The notes under the pieces are model-generated. The model was not told where the DNA came from and did not search any database. It worked only from the letters and a program-made list of their open reading frames with translations. Shown here one piece after another: positions 9,301 to 18,672 of a stretch of 64,000 nucleotides of DNA. A program made the position numbers and the translations under genes. The stretch covers positions 1 to 64,000 of the IMG/VR virus record IMGVR_UViG_3300009159_000038. The stretch is one strand, 5' to 3'. This DNA is from an uncultured virus (IMG/VR IMGVR_UViG_3300009159_000038) (taxonomy: Duplodnaviria; Heunggongvirae; Uroviricota; Caudoviricetes). The stretch's first letter is position 1; each line of letters opens with the position of its first letter.

Positions 9301-10555
9301 CATTGGCGTAATCATTTATACGAAGATTGGTACTAAAACTTCTATTCTTCTAGGAGAATTCGAGTTTTGGAACGATTTTCAACGAATGAACCCTGATTGT
9401 GACTTCTATTTTATATCAATATCGAAGAACACAACAAAGAGTATTATTGACCATCAACATCTACTTAACTTTCCAGTTAGGATGATACAGGTGTATGATG
9501 TGAAGGATCTTTCCAAGCTAAATAACCTTTCTGGGATATTTTCATATATGACTAGAAATACCTTCTTTGGAGGTCAAATGAATCCATCATGTGTTCATAA
9601 TTACGTGATATCTGCTTACTGTAGCAATACGCTAAACCTTCCTTTATTTATTAGAACTCCTGATTCAGAATATCCCTATTTGGATTATAAGAAAATGGCG
9701 GATGTTCGAATTGAGAAAGCTACACCAAGTACACCTAAATTCATTAGAGAAAATAAACGTTTTCTAGATGTTATGACTGCAGATATCAAATATGAAAATG
9801 TTTATTTTGTAGCCAATGGATCTCGTCATATGTGTGATTGGGTACAAGATATTGTATACCATGATATTCCAGATGTTATGAGAATAATGGAACCTAAAGA
9901 AATTTCTAGAAGAACTCTTTATGTTTCGGATGATGTTCTATTCAATCTTCATATTAATAGAGAGCGTTATGCAAATCTAAATGTTGAAGTAAAGAATAAT
10001 AAGCTTTTGTTTATTGGATTCCTTTCCGGATCAGTTGCAAAAAATCGTTTAGTTGCTTTAACTAAAATGTTGAAGGAAAAAACCGAAGAAATTCCTATGG
10101 ATATTATTGGACCTGGAGCAGATTTGTTGATAGAAGATATTATTCGTGAGGATGTTACTCTTGAAAACCGTTCAGTTTTTGGTGATGAATTTTTCAAGCT
10201 ACTTAATACATATTTAGCTTATGTGTTTATTGGTAAAGGTAATGCGATAAACAAATATGTAAACAAAACAATTTACGATTGTATATCTGCAAAATGTCCT
10301 ATTGTCGTTTACTCTGCATGTGATACTAATCAAGCTATTTTTAAGAGCAACGAATATTATTTCTCTAACGAATCCGAACTAAAAACAACCATGGATAAAT
10401 TAAGAGATCCTGCAATTCGTAATCGTTGGATCGATGAACAGAAAGCTGATATTGAAGAAAAATTAACACATAACGAAGAGATATTTAAGTTCTCTCAATT
10501 CTGTAAGCCTAAAGATCAAGTTGTTAATAACATTAGAATCGAGCCATTATTCTAA
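9287..10555 (+). CDS. T4 DNA beta-glucosyltransferase-like protein
   Basis: NTFFGGQMN vs T4 BGT NFFGGKPN; TPDSEYPY vs FTDIRLPF; C-terminal AYVFIGKGN..YFSNESEL..LRDPAIR colinear with BGT (reference recalled from memory). Confidence 0.75.
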   Translation: MKRINIGVIIYTKIGTKTSILLGEFEFWNDFQRMNPDCDFYFISISKNTTKSIIDHQHLLNFPVRMIQVYDVKDLSKLNNLSGIFSYMTRNTFFGGQMNPSCVHNYVISAYCSNTLNLPLFIRTPDSEYPYLDYKKMADVRIEKATPSTPKFIRENKRFLDVMTADIKYENVYFVANGSRHMCDWVQDIVYHDIPDVMRIMEPKEISRRTLYVSDDVLFNLHINRERYANLNVEVKNNKLLFIGFLSGSVAKNRLVALTKMLKEKTEEIPMDIIGPGADLLIEDIIREDVTLENRSVFGDEFFKLLNTYLAYVFIGKGNAINKYVNKTIYDCISAKCPIVVYSACDTNQAIFKSNEYYFSNESELKTTMDKLRDPAIRNRWIDEQKADIEEKLTHNEEIFKFSQFCKPKDQVVNNIRIEPLF

Positions 10556-10571
10556 TTCATAAAATAATAAA

Positions 10572-11186
10572 ATGAATATATTTGTACTAGATCAAGATCC
10601 GAGAATTGCTGCACAAATGCATTGTGACAAACATGTTCCAAAAATGATTATCGAACATGCGCAAATGATGACGGCTGCATATTATTCTACTTTAGGTATT
10701 AGCCGAAAGAAAGAAATTCCGGATCAACAATTTGTAGTAAATGAAATGTTTCGCGGTTGGCCTAGAAGAAATGCCGATGGAAGTGAATGGCATTATGCAA
10801 TATCACATGTCAATCATCCATGCACAATTTGGACACGAGCTTCAATCGAGAATTTTAATTGGTTACTAGATTGTACTGAAGAACTTTGTTACGAATTCAC
10901 TCGTCGTTGGGGTGGTAAACATTCAATCGAAAAGATCGTAGATTGGATGCGTCAAAATCCTCCTAAATTGCCTTCTTCTAAACAAACTCCTTTCGCAATG
11001 GCAATGCCGGATTGTTTTAGAACTACTAATCCGATTGAATCTTATCGTAGATACTATGGCATGAAAACAACTTACATGAAAGTAGCTTGGATTCGAGGAA
11101 CTCAACCGGATTGGTGGTCAGATCAATTTGCCAAAGATTGCGTTAATCAATATTATATTGCAAACCCAGCCTTGTTGGTTGGATAA
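10572..11186 (+). CDS. Pyrimidine-dimer DNA glycosylase/endonuclease V-like family protein
   Basis: MNIFVLD.DP..AAQMHCDKHV.KM..EHAQM, HVNHPCTIW.R, TPFAMAMPD, YRRYY. Confidence 0.8.
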   Translation: MNIFVLDQDPRIAAQMHCDKHVPKMIIEHAQMMTAAYYSTLGISRKKEIPDQQFVVNEMFRGWPRRNADGSEWHYAISHVNHPCTIWTRASIENFNWLLDCTEELCYEFTRRWGGKHSIEKIVDWMRQNPPKLPSSKQTPFAMAMPDCFRTTNPIESYRRYYGMKTTYMKVAWIRGTQPDWWSDQFAKDCVNQYYIANPALLVG

Positions 11187-11205
11187 ATAAAAAAAACCGA
11201 CACTA

Positions 11206-11811
11206 ATGCGTCTATTAACAAAAACCGAGTTTGATGCTCTTGTGCTTAATGAATCATATGATGATTACAAGAAAAGCATTAATGAAAATATCAAATATCA
11301 CATAGAAAATGAGCTAACTATATCTGAATCAATATTTAGAGTAGGATCTGAAGCTTATTTAGATTTCGTTAATGAAATGAGAGCACTTTGGAGAGATGGT
11401 AAAATATCAATATCCGAAGACGATCAATTTATTTTAGAAAAATTATATACTGGCCAAAAAGGAACTTATACCGACCGAGATACTGATCGAAAGAAAACTG
11501 TTAATTTTGATGATCCTCAATTATCTCCAAAGGAAATTGATACACTCTATTATGTTTATCGTCCATCTCCTTCAGGAGATAAAGATAAAGATACTGGTTT
11601 ACCAAAAGCTATCATGATTGGATTTGGTGAAAAAACTGGTCCTGGTGAAGATGATGTTAGAGATAAACATCAGGATCCAGGTAAACGTGCTGGATTTCTA
11701 GCTAGACAAAATTGCAAAGAGAAGAAAGATGAATATGCTTCTGGTTGGTGGTCATGTAACATACATAAATTCTGGAAACAACTAGGACTTAAAACAAACG
11801 ATCCATGGTAA
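11206..11811 (+). CDS. Conserved phage protein (DUF6321-like) with processed-leader-like N-terminus
   Basis: FLARQNC.EKKD...GWWSC C-terminal motif; leader EFDALVLNES and INE sites. Confidence 0.55.
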   Translation: MRLLTKTEFDALVLNESYDDYKKSINENIKYHIENELTISESIFRVGSEAYLDFVNEMRALWRDGKISISEDDQFILEKLYTGQKGTYTDRDTDRKKTVNFDDPQLSPKEIDTLYYVYRPSPSGDKDKDTGLPKAIMIGFGEKTGPGEDDVRDKHQDPGKRAGFLARQNCKEKKDEYASGWWSCNIHKFWKQLGLKTNDPW

Positions 11812-12134
11812 ATAAAGACTGTAATTGTAAGAATTGCGAATGCAAAGAAAGAGAATCTTTTTATCTAACATTCGAAGATTATAAACCTTTTACTGATAGT
11901 TATTTCAATGGATCTCTTGTTCGTAAATTTCCTAAAGAGACACCGGCTCATTTACTCAAATGGCATATAGACGATGAAGATCGTACAATATATCCGGTAG
12001 AAGAGAATGATTGGAAATTTCAATTTGATAATAAGTTACCTATCTCGTTTGATAGTAAAATTGAAATTCCTAAGGGAATTCAACATAGAATAATAAAAGG
12101 AACCACCGATCTAATCATCTTAATCGAAAAGTAA
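11805..12134 (+). CDS. Small cupin-like phage protein
   Basis: WHIDDEDR, WKFQFDNKLP, IPKGIQHRIIKG. Confidence 0.6.
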   Translation: MVNKDCNCKNCECKERESFYLTFEDYKPFTDSYFNGSLVRKFPKETPAHLLKWHIDDEDRTIYPVEENDWKFQFDNKLPISFDSKIEIPKGIQHRIIKGTTDLIILIEK

Positions 12135-12523
12135 TGGCTATTATACAACAAGAATTTCAACACGATCCATGGAAAATGCTTATAGGTTGCATCATGCTAA
12201 ATCAAACTAGCAATAAAAATGTACGCCAAGTAATATACGCATTCTTCGAGAAATGGCCAAATCCACTTTCCGTTTTACGAGCAAATCCAGATGATATTCG
12301 AGAACACATCAGACCTTTAGGATTCTATAATCGTAGAACTGCTACTATACAAAAATTCTCACAAGATTACATATCTAAATCTTTTAATCGAATAAGTGAA
12401 CTTCATGGCATTGGCAAATATGCCGAAGATTCATATGAAATCTTTATTCGCGGTAATGAAAATGTACAACCAACCGATAAGATATTGATTCGTTATCTTG
12501 CCGGTGAATTTATCGATCAATAA
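12134..12523 (+). CDS. MBD4-like HhH-GPD mismatch DNA glycosylase
   Basis: HDPWKMLIGCIMLNQTS, RPLGFYNRR, ELHGIGKYAEDSYEIF, PTDK match the MBD4 catalytic domain. Confidence 0.85.
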   Translation: MAIIQQEFQHDPWKMLIGCIMLNQTSNKNVRQVIYAFFEKWPNPLSVLRANPDDIREHIRPLGFYNRRTATIQKFSQDYISKSFNRISELHGIGKYAEDSYEIFIRGNENVQPTDKILIRYLAGEFIDQ

Positions 12524-12558
12524 CCGGAATATATAACTAGAAATAAATTCTTTGAATA

Positions 12559-13110
12559 ATGAATAAACATATACCTTCCTTCAATTCTTTCATAAATGAA
12601 GGAAAAGAAATTCCTATTGAAGTGACTAAAGGTCAAGCTGCCTATTATAAAGGTCTTCCTAAATCTACTGCTCAAAAGAAGAAATCTCAAATCACCGCAC
12701 AAGCAGAGAAACCTTCAGATGATCCTTCAGCATATAAAGCTTTACCTGGAGATAAAAAAGCTCAATCTAAAGGAATAGTTAAAACTTCATCTCATGTGAA
12801 AAAATACAAAGAGATGTTTGGTGAATCTGTTATTAATGAAAAAGAAGAGGAACTTAAAAAAGGACCTATCGAAAACCCAGATATTGAAAAAGCTTTAAAG
12901 AATAAGGTAGAAGAAACCGGAGTAGATTTAGATATACTTCGAGTAGTTATGCGAAGAGGAATGGCTGCTTGGAAAGCTGGTCATCGTCCAGGAGCTACTC
13001 AAGAACAATGGGGTTATGCAAGAATTGCTTCTTTTGTTACTAAAGGACCTACTTACAAATCAACTGACTCAGATATGGCTAAAATCGCAAGAGATAGAGG
13101 TCAATTATAA
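12559..13110 (+). CDS. DUF5824-like protein with capsid-targeting-like leader
   Basis: MNKHIPSFNSFINE leader; RRGMAAWKAGHRPGATQEQWGYARIASF. Confidence 0.65.
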   Translation: MNKHIPSFNSFINEGKEIPIEVTKGQAAYYKGLPKSTAQKKKSQITAQAEKPSDDPSAYKALPGDKKAQSKGIVKTSSHVKKYKEMFGESVINEKEEELKKGPIENPDIEKALKNKVEETGVDLDILRVVMRRGMAAWKAGHRPGATQEQWGYARIASFVTKGPTYKSTDSDMAKIARDRGQL

Positions 13111-13143
13111 CTCGAATATATAAAATAACAAAAAAATAGAACA

Positions 13144-13659
13144 ATGCAAAAATTCACCGAATTCGTAAAAGCCCGTGAAACTTCTATTGAAGAAAATGCT
13201 AAAGCAGAAATTGCCGCAAAATTCAATGAATTATACGAAGCAAAATTAAAAGAAATGGGAGCTAAATCTCCTTTAGATCTTACTGAAGAAGATTCTCAAG
13301 TTTTCTTTGAATACCTTAAGAGCTTAAAAGAAGCTGAATTAACTAAAGCTGACGTTAAGAAAGCCGTTAAAGCCGAGACTAAAGGTCTTGAGAAAAAAGT
13401 TGATGCTGCTGAAAAGAAAGCTGAAGCTGCCGAAGATACTGCTAAAGATGCAGAAAAAGATGCAAAGAAAGCTGGTCAAGATGAAGTTACCGATGAAAAA
13501 TCTTTCAGAGAGTATGCTACTAACCTACTTAAAACTGCACATCCTGATGATTTCGATGAGAAAATTGCTAACAAAGTAATTGATGGTATCATCGCTAAAG
13601 TTGAAGATGATAATTGGGGTGAGGCTATTGGCCGTTTAACTTCTGGTCTGGGAGGATAA
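13144..13659 (+). CDS. Putative internal head protein (charged, helical)
   Basis: MQKFTEFVKARE leader; K/E/A/D-rich. Confidence 0.55.
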   Translation: MQKFTEFVKARETSIEENAKAEIAAKFNELYEAKLKEMGAKSPLDLTEEDSQVFFEYLKSLKEAELTKADVKKAVKAETKGLEKKVDAAEKKAEAAEDTAKDAEKDAKKAGQDEVTDEKSFREYATNLLKTAHPDDFDEKIANKVIDGIIAKVEDDNWGEAIGRLTSGLGG

Positions 13660-13683
13660 TCAATAATATAAAACAAACACAAT

Positions 13684-14190
13684 ATGAAACATATTAAAAC
13701 ATTTGAAATCTTCGTTAATGAAGCAGTTAAATTCAATCCAAGAAATCTAGATCAAGGAACTTTCTTTGATTTTATCGATAGTATGGATGCAGAAACTATT
13801 GAAGATTATGGAGTTGAAATGGATAACATGACTAAAGGTTATGAAGCCGTTGCTAAAGAATTAGGTGGTAATTTAAAAAACGTTAGCTTTGGTGATTCAG
13901 AGAATAATGATTATGAATTTTTTAAATTCTTAATGAATGTTTCTTTAGGAAGCATGGCATTTGATAAAGGAGTTAAACTTCCTGAAGTAAAATCTTTAAA
14001 AACTTTTAATATTCCATCAGGTTGGAGAGACGGTGATAATCAAGCTACATTGGTAGAAATTCCAGGAGTAGCGAATTACGTTACTTGGTTAGATGGTGAT
14101 GATTTTTCTAATTTTGATTATTGTGCTTATAAATCTTCGGATCTTCCCAAGATTGCAAAATGGGCTCAAGAGAATTACGTAGAATCTTAA
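13684..14190 (+). CDS. Putative internal head protein
   Basis: MKHIKTFEIFVNEA leader. Confidence 0.6.
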   Translation: MKHIKTFEIFVNEAVKFNPRNLDQGTFFDFIDSMDAETIEDYGVEMDNMTKGYEAVAKELGGNLKNVSFGDSENNDYEFFKFLMNVSLGSMAFDKGVKLPEVKSLKTFNIPSGWRDGDNQATLVEIPGVANYVTWLDGDDFSNFDYCAYKSSDLPKIAKWAQENYVES

Positions 14191-14208
14191 TTCAATTATA
14201 ACTTATTA

Positions 14209-14254
14209 ACAAAGAAGGATTTGGACGCTATGCGACTGAATCCTTTTGTTTTTT
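14209..14254 (+). terminator. Probable intrinsic terminator
   Basis: AAGGATT...AATCCTT imperfect stem followed by TTGTTTTTT. Confidence 0.55.
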
Positions 14255-14296
14255 GATTTCATAATAATAATACGATAAATAGAAATAAATTAGCAT

Positions 14297-14902
14297 ATGC
14301 CTAAAACATTCATGAAATATCAGGATTTCGTTGATCCTAAAAGATCAGGGAAATATCAGAGCATCACGATATTTGATGTTGATGATACGTTAGTCGTAAC
14401 TAAATCTCAAATTAAAGTAATTGATACTAATACCAATAAGTCTTTTACTTTAACTCCGGCAGAATTTAATGAATTTGAAAAGAAATCTCATCATGAAATG
14501 GATTATTCAGATTTCAAAAACCTAGATATTCTAAAGGCCGGTAAAATTATAGAAAATATCTTCTCTATCCTTAAGAAAGAAATGCGTAAAGGCGGAAGAG
14601 TTGGTATTATCACTGCCAGAGACGATCGAAATCTAATCTATCAATTTCTACTTCATCATGGAGTAGTGGTTAATCCAAATTACATATTTGCAGTTAATGA
14701 TCCTGAACTTGAATTTACTGGAAGCGTAGCTGAAAAGAAAAAACAAGCCTTTATAGAATTAATAAAGATTGGATTTAGAGACTTTACATTTTATGACGAT
14801 GATGCTGAAAATATACGAATTGCTAAAGAGTTAGATGGTGAAATTGAAGGTATACATATTAAGACTAAACATGTAAAGGTAAGATGGAACAACAAAGACT
14901 GA
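14297..14902 (+). CDS. HAD-superfamily phosphatase
   Basis: FDVDDT (motif I), TAR (II), K (III), YDDD (IV). Confidence 0.8.
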   Translation: MPKTFMKYQDFVDPKRSGKYQSITIFDVDDTLVVTKSQIKVIDTNTNKSFTLTPAEFNEFEKKSHHEMDYSDFKNLDILKAGKIIENIFSILKKEMRKGGRVGIITARDDRNLIYQFLLHHGVVVNPNYIFAVNDPELEFTGSVAEKKKQAFIELIKIGFRDFTFYDDDAENIRIAKELDGEIEGIHIKTKHVKVRWNNKD

Positions 14903-15363
14903 TACACCGAAACGATCAAAAGATTGATACATTCGCAGAAATCGTTGAATCGATTGCTACTTTATCTGCCGCATCAACTAAGAAAGTTGCATGTATGGCT
15001 ATTCACAAAAATTTTATTAAGATTGCATCCTTTGGATATAATGGATCTTATGCTGGTGCTCCCATCAACGAAACAACTGGAACCGAAGAAGATTCGCTAG
15101 AACCTGGTAATTCAGGATTTATTCATGCAGAAGTTAACATGATTTCGAAATTTCGAGAACATGATCCTGAAAATTATATCGTTTTTCTTACGCTTTCTCC
15201 TTGCAAAATGTGCACTAAGATTCTAGTTAATTCTGGATTTAAAATGGTGTATTGGTTAGAAGATTATCGAGAACAAGAACATCTCACTATTTTCGATGAA
15301 TGTGGAATTCATTATGGTAATATAAACAAACTCAAAAAAGATTATTTCAAATTAGTAAAATGA
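14884..15363 (+). CDS. dCMP deaminase
   Basis: GYNG, HAEVN, TLSPCKMC. Confidence 0.9.
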   Translation: MEQQRLIHRNDQKIDTFAEIVESIATLSAASTKKVACMAIHKNFIKIASFGYNGSYAGAPINETTGTEEDSLEPGNSGFIHAEVNMISKFREHDPENYIVFLTLSPCKMCTKILVNSGFKMVYWLEDYREQEHLTIFDECGIHYGNINKLKKDYFKLVK

Positions 15364-15782
15364 AATATACTCTAACAATTCTAAAACCAGATGCAATATC
15401 TCGTGGAATAGAATCTAAAATCACCAAACACATAACCGATGCCGGTTTTCAAATTGCCGCTCGTAAAAGAATTCACCTAACAAATGAAGAGGCCTACGAT
15501 TTCTATGAGGTACACAAAGACAAACCTTTCTTTAGATCTCTTGTAGATTACATGACTTCTGGAGCTTGTGTATTTATGGTTCTTCGTAATGAGAATTCTC
15601 CTAATGCAATAGATCATTTTCGTAAGTTAATAGGATCTACCGATCCGGCTGAAGCAGAGGAAGGAACCATTCGTAAAATGTATGCAGAATCCCTAGAAAG
15701 AAACTCTATCCATGGATCTGATTCACCGGAATCAGTTATTAAGGAGTGTGATCTTATGTTTCCGGAATTATCGTTCAATTAA
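15360..15782 (+). CDS. ndk: Nucleoside diphosphate kinase
   Basis: LKPDA, FY.VHKDKPFF, GTIR, NSIHGSDS. Confidence 0.95.
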   Translation: MKYTLTILKPDAISRGIESKITKHITDAGFQIAARKRIHLTNEEAYDFYEVHKDKPFFRSLVDYMTSGACVFMVLRNENSPNAIDHFRKLIGSTDPAEAEEGTIRKMYAESLERNSIHGSDSPESVIKECDLMFPELSFN

Positions 15783-15794
15783 AATTAATAAATT

Positions 15795-16157
15795 ATGATA
15801 GGTGAAGAATTAGACAAATATATCCAAAATCGAGTTAAAGAAGTTTTGGATAATTCAAAATTCCCTGAATATGATGACATTCATAGTGATTCATTTTCAG
15901 AGTTAATTGACAAATTAATAATTGTACATATTAGATTATGGTACTTAGAAGATGTTATGAGTGTTGAAAAGGATGCTGATAAAATGATGATCCTTAAAAA
16001 GAAAGCCGATATAACTTTTAAAGAGAAACGTCCTATGTTAGTAAGATCAATCGATAAAATTATCAATAATATGTGTACTGGTAAATTTTCTCCTCCATCA
16101 GAAAGTCCAAAATTATATGTTGGATTTACGGATGACGATGAAAAAATTAATGCCTAA
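15795..16157 (+). CDS. DUF4254-like helical protein
   Basis: SELIDKLIIVHIRLWYLED...R..LVRSID. Confidence 0.55.
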   Translation: MIGEELDKYIQNRVKEVLDNSKFPEYDDIHSDSFSELIDKLIIVHIRLWYLEDVMSVEKDADKMMILKKKADITFKEKRPMLVRSIDKIINNMCTGKFSPPSESPKLYVGFTDDDEKINA

Positions 16158-17023
16158 TGAAATATATCATAACATCAAAAAATGTTCGTTCTGGTACTAG
16201 CGTAGATGATGCCGCTGATCCATTTCAAGTTACCGAAATAGCAACTGAATTAATAATAACTCGGTTGTATTTGATACATCTGTTAAATACCTCGATTATA
16301 GACATTGAAGATACTATCGTATGTATAGGAGATAGACGATGTTTATATACAAACATTTTCAAAAATGTTATGTCATTCGAAGATTATACTAATTCTATTG
16401 ACATCGATAAAAAAGATGTTATAGATCTATTAGAATCCAGCAAATTTAATTCGCTTGCCTCTGGATTAGTAGACTCGAGAGAATTACCATATCTACCTTT
16501 TTATCGAAATTGGGATAGAGATAAAAATCATATTTTAAACGTTGAAGATAGTGATCTATCAGATTATGATTTATCTTCACCGTTCTTGTGTTTAGTTATT
16601 CGAAAACGAAGTGCATGGTCAGAAAAAAACATGTCAAATGATTTTTGGAATGATGTTATATCTGAATTAGAAAATCGAGGAATTAAAATATTCGTATTTG
16701 GAAAAGAAACTGAGGGTTTTTGTACAGAAAAAACGAAGCAAATTAAAACATTTCGAGATTGGTGTTCTATTGTTAAACATGTTAATTGTAAACATGTTGC
16801 TAGTACAATGACTGGTGGAGTATATCCTCTTATCGTATTTGGAAATTCAAATTGTAAAATGACAATAATCGACAATACCAATCTTAAGAAAGCTCATGGA
16901 CACGATCCATCGTTCTATAACTCATGTATAAATTTCTCTAATATCGAAATGAAATTTATCGAAAATATACCAACAATAAAAGAATTTGCCGATGAATTAT
17001 GTAGTAATTACATCAATAAATAA
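16157..17023 (+). CDS. Hypothetical protein, possible glycosyltransferase-like
   Basis: C-terminal Rossmann-like RKRSAWSEKN..W..IFVFG..STMTGG; lies between DUF4254-like and STELLO-like genes. Confidence 0.45.
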   Translation: MKYIITSKNVRSGTSVDDAADPFQVTEIATELIITRLYLIHLLNTSIIDIEDTIVCIGDRRCLYTNIFKNVMSFEDYTNSIDIDKKDVIDLLESSKFNSLASGLVDSRELPYLPFYRNWDRDKNHILNVEDSDLSDYDLSSPFLCLVIRKRSAWSEKNMSNDFWNDVISELENRGIKIFVFGKETEGFCTEKTKQIKTFRDWCSIVKHVNCKHVASTMTGGVYPLIVFGNSNCKMTIIDNTNLKKAHGHDPSFYNSCINFSNIEMKFIENIPTIKEFADELCSNYINK

Positions 17024-17975
17024 TTTAACCGAATCTATTCGAAAATTCTCGGCAATACCGGATTGGCATGTTATTGTTGTAGGCGATTTAAAGAGTAAAA
17101 GATATTCACATCCAAATGTGACTTATCTAGGAGTAGAAGAACAAACGAAACTTAATTTATTTAGTGCATTAACAACTCCATACAATCATTATTCAAGAAA
17201 GAATTTAGGTTATTTGTACGCTATAAGTAAAGGAGCTAATCTAATTTTTGATACTGACGATGATACTATTCCGTATGATGATTGGTATCCAAGAGATTTT
17301 GTATGCGATAAATTGGTAGATGGATCAACCGTTATCAATCCCTATACGCTATTCACTAAAGAAAAATGTTGGCCTAGAGGATTAGACCTATCTCATATAA
17401 ATAAGCCAAATACTTACACGATATCTAATAAAGGCTCAAAGATAGGTGTTTGGCAAGGAGTAATTGATGATGATTCAGATTTTGATGCAATATATCGATT
17501 AACCATAAATAAGCACATAAAATTTAATAAAGAAGATGATGTCGCAATAGGAACACGATGTTACACCCCTTTCAATACACAAAGTACTTTATGGAATACT
17601 AAATTTCATTCTTTGCTTTATGTTCCCATCTCAGTAGATTTCAGATTTACGGATATTCTAAAAGGTTATATAGCTCAAAGAATTATGTGGGATTATGGAT
17701 ATCAGGTGGGTTTTCATTATCCTAACACATATCAAGTTAGAAATGAGCACGACTTCTATAAAGATTTTCTAGACGAGATTTCCATGTACCGATCAATTCC
17801 TTCATTGATGAATACTCTAGAAAGTATAAAACTCAAAAATGAGTCTATTGAAAATGATCTATTTTCGGTTTATTCTGCTTTATTAGATATTGGCATCGTG
17901 AAAGAGGAAGAGATGATAAACCTACAACATTGGATAGATGATATCTCTAAGTTATCTAAAAAGGATTTAAGGTAA
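16992..17975 (+). CDS. STELLO/DUF288-like GT-A glycosyltransferase
   Basis: VVGDLKS, PYNHYSRKNLGYLYAI, DTDDD, WPRG, DFDAIYRL, PFNTQ, FRFTDI. Confidence 0.85.
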   Translation: MNYVVITSINNLTESIRKFSAIPDWHVIVVGDLKSKRYSHPNVTYLGVEEQTKLNLFSALTTPYNHYSRKNLGYLYAISKGANLIFDTDDDTIPYDDWYPRDFVCDKLVDGSTVINPYTLFTKEKCWPRGLDLSHINKPNTYTISNKGSKIGVWQGVIDDDSDFDAIYRLTINKHIKFNKEDDVAIGTRCYTPFNTQSTLWNTKFHSLLYVPISVDFRFTDILKGYIAQRIMWDYGYQVGFHYPNTYQVRNEHDFYKDFLDEISMYRSIPSLMNTLESIKLKNESIENDLFSVYSALLDIGIVKEEEMINLQHWIDDISKLSKKDLR

Positions 17976-18123
17976 TATCTATAAAGGAATATTCCGTTCA
18001 ACTGAGGTCACGAGAGATATCTAGAGAGATCCTTCAGTTTATCTACTATTAACTAAAACATTAAGAAAGATCCTAAAATATTTGGCTTTTCTTTTTTGAT
18101 ATATACTAAAAATACTCTGTCCA

Positions 18124-18660
18124 ATGAATGGAGAAATGCTCGTAGTAGCTAACCAATTTTTAGTAAGACTTAATAAAGTAGGATTCGTTTCTAGCGATAT
18201 TCGAGTAAGATCTATTGCTCATACTGGTAATTATACAACCAGAACGAACTTTGCGAATTATGAGCAATTCTCGACTACGTTTGGTCAAGTTTTCGATTCT
18301 AACAGCCCAACTGATTATATTGGAGATTATCCTTTTATTGAATCAATAAATATCACATATCCAAGATTAGGATATACCAACCTATTTAGATGTTATGACA
18401 TTCTCAATAAACGGAAAATTGTTCAGACGGTAGGTGTAACAAAGAATAGTCAATCTAACAATTCATTAAGAGAAAGAGATCAATCAGATATAGCTAAAGT
18501 GAGAGATTTGGAAAGAGCTCTATCAAATCTAAATAATGAATTTGATACATACAAAATATCAGCTAATTCCACATATGCGGCTATCATTCAATATTATGTT
18601 GATCGTAATTATGTTATTGATGGTTATGTTGATACTAAATCCGATACACTTATAAAATAA
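18124..18660 (+). CDS. Hypothetical (probably virion) protein
   Basis: ORF after a GATATATA motif; C-terminal YVDRNYVIDGYV. Confidence 0.6.
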   Translation: MNGEMLVVANQFLVRLNKVGFVSSDIRVRSIAHTGNYTTRTNFANYEQFSTTFGQVFDSNSPTDYIGDYPFIESINITYPRLGYTNLFRCYDILNKRKIVQTVGVTKNSQSNNSLRERDQSDIAKVRDLERALSNLNNEFDTYKISANSTYAAIIQYYVDRNYVIDGYVDTKSDTLIK

Positions 18661-18672
18661 TTAATATAAATA

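Noticed and set aside
17986..18039. GGAATATTCC palindrome and AACTGAGG...CCTTCAGTT stem as a possible ncRNA
   Set aside because: Short, imperfect, single copy; no recognisable family
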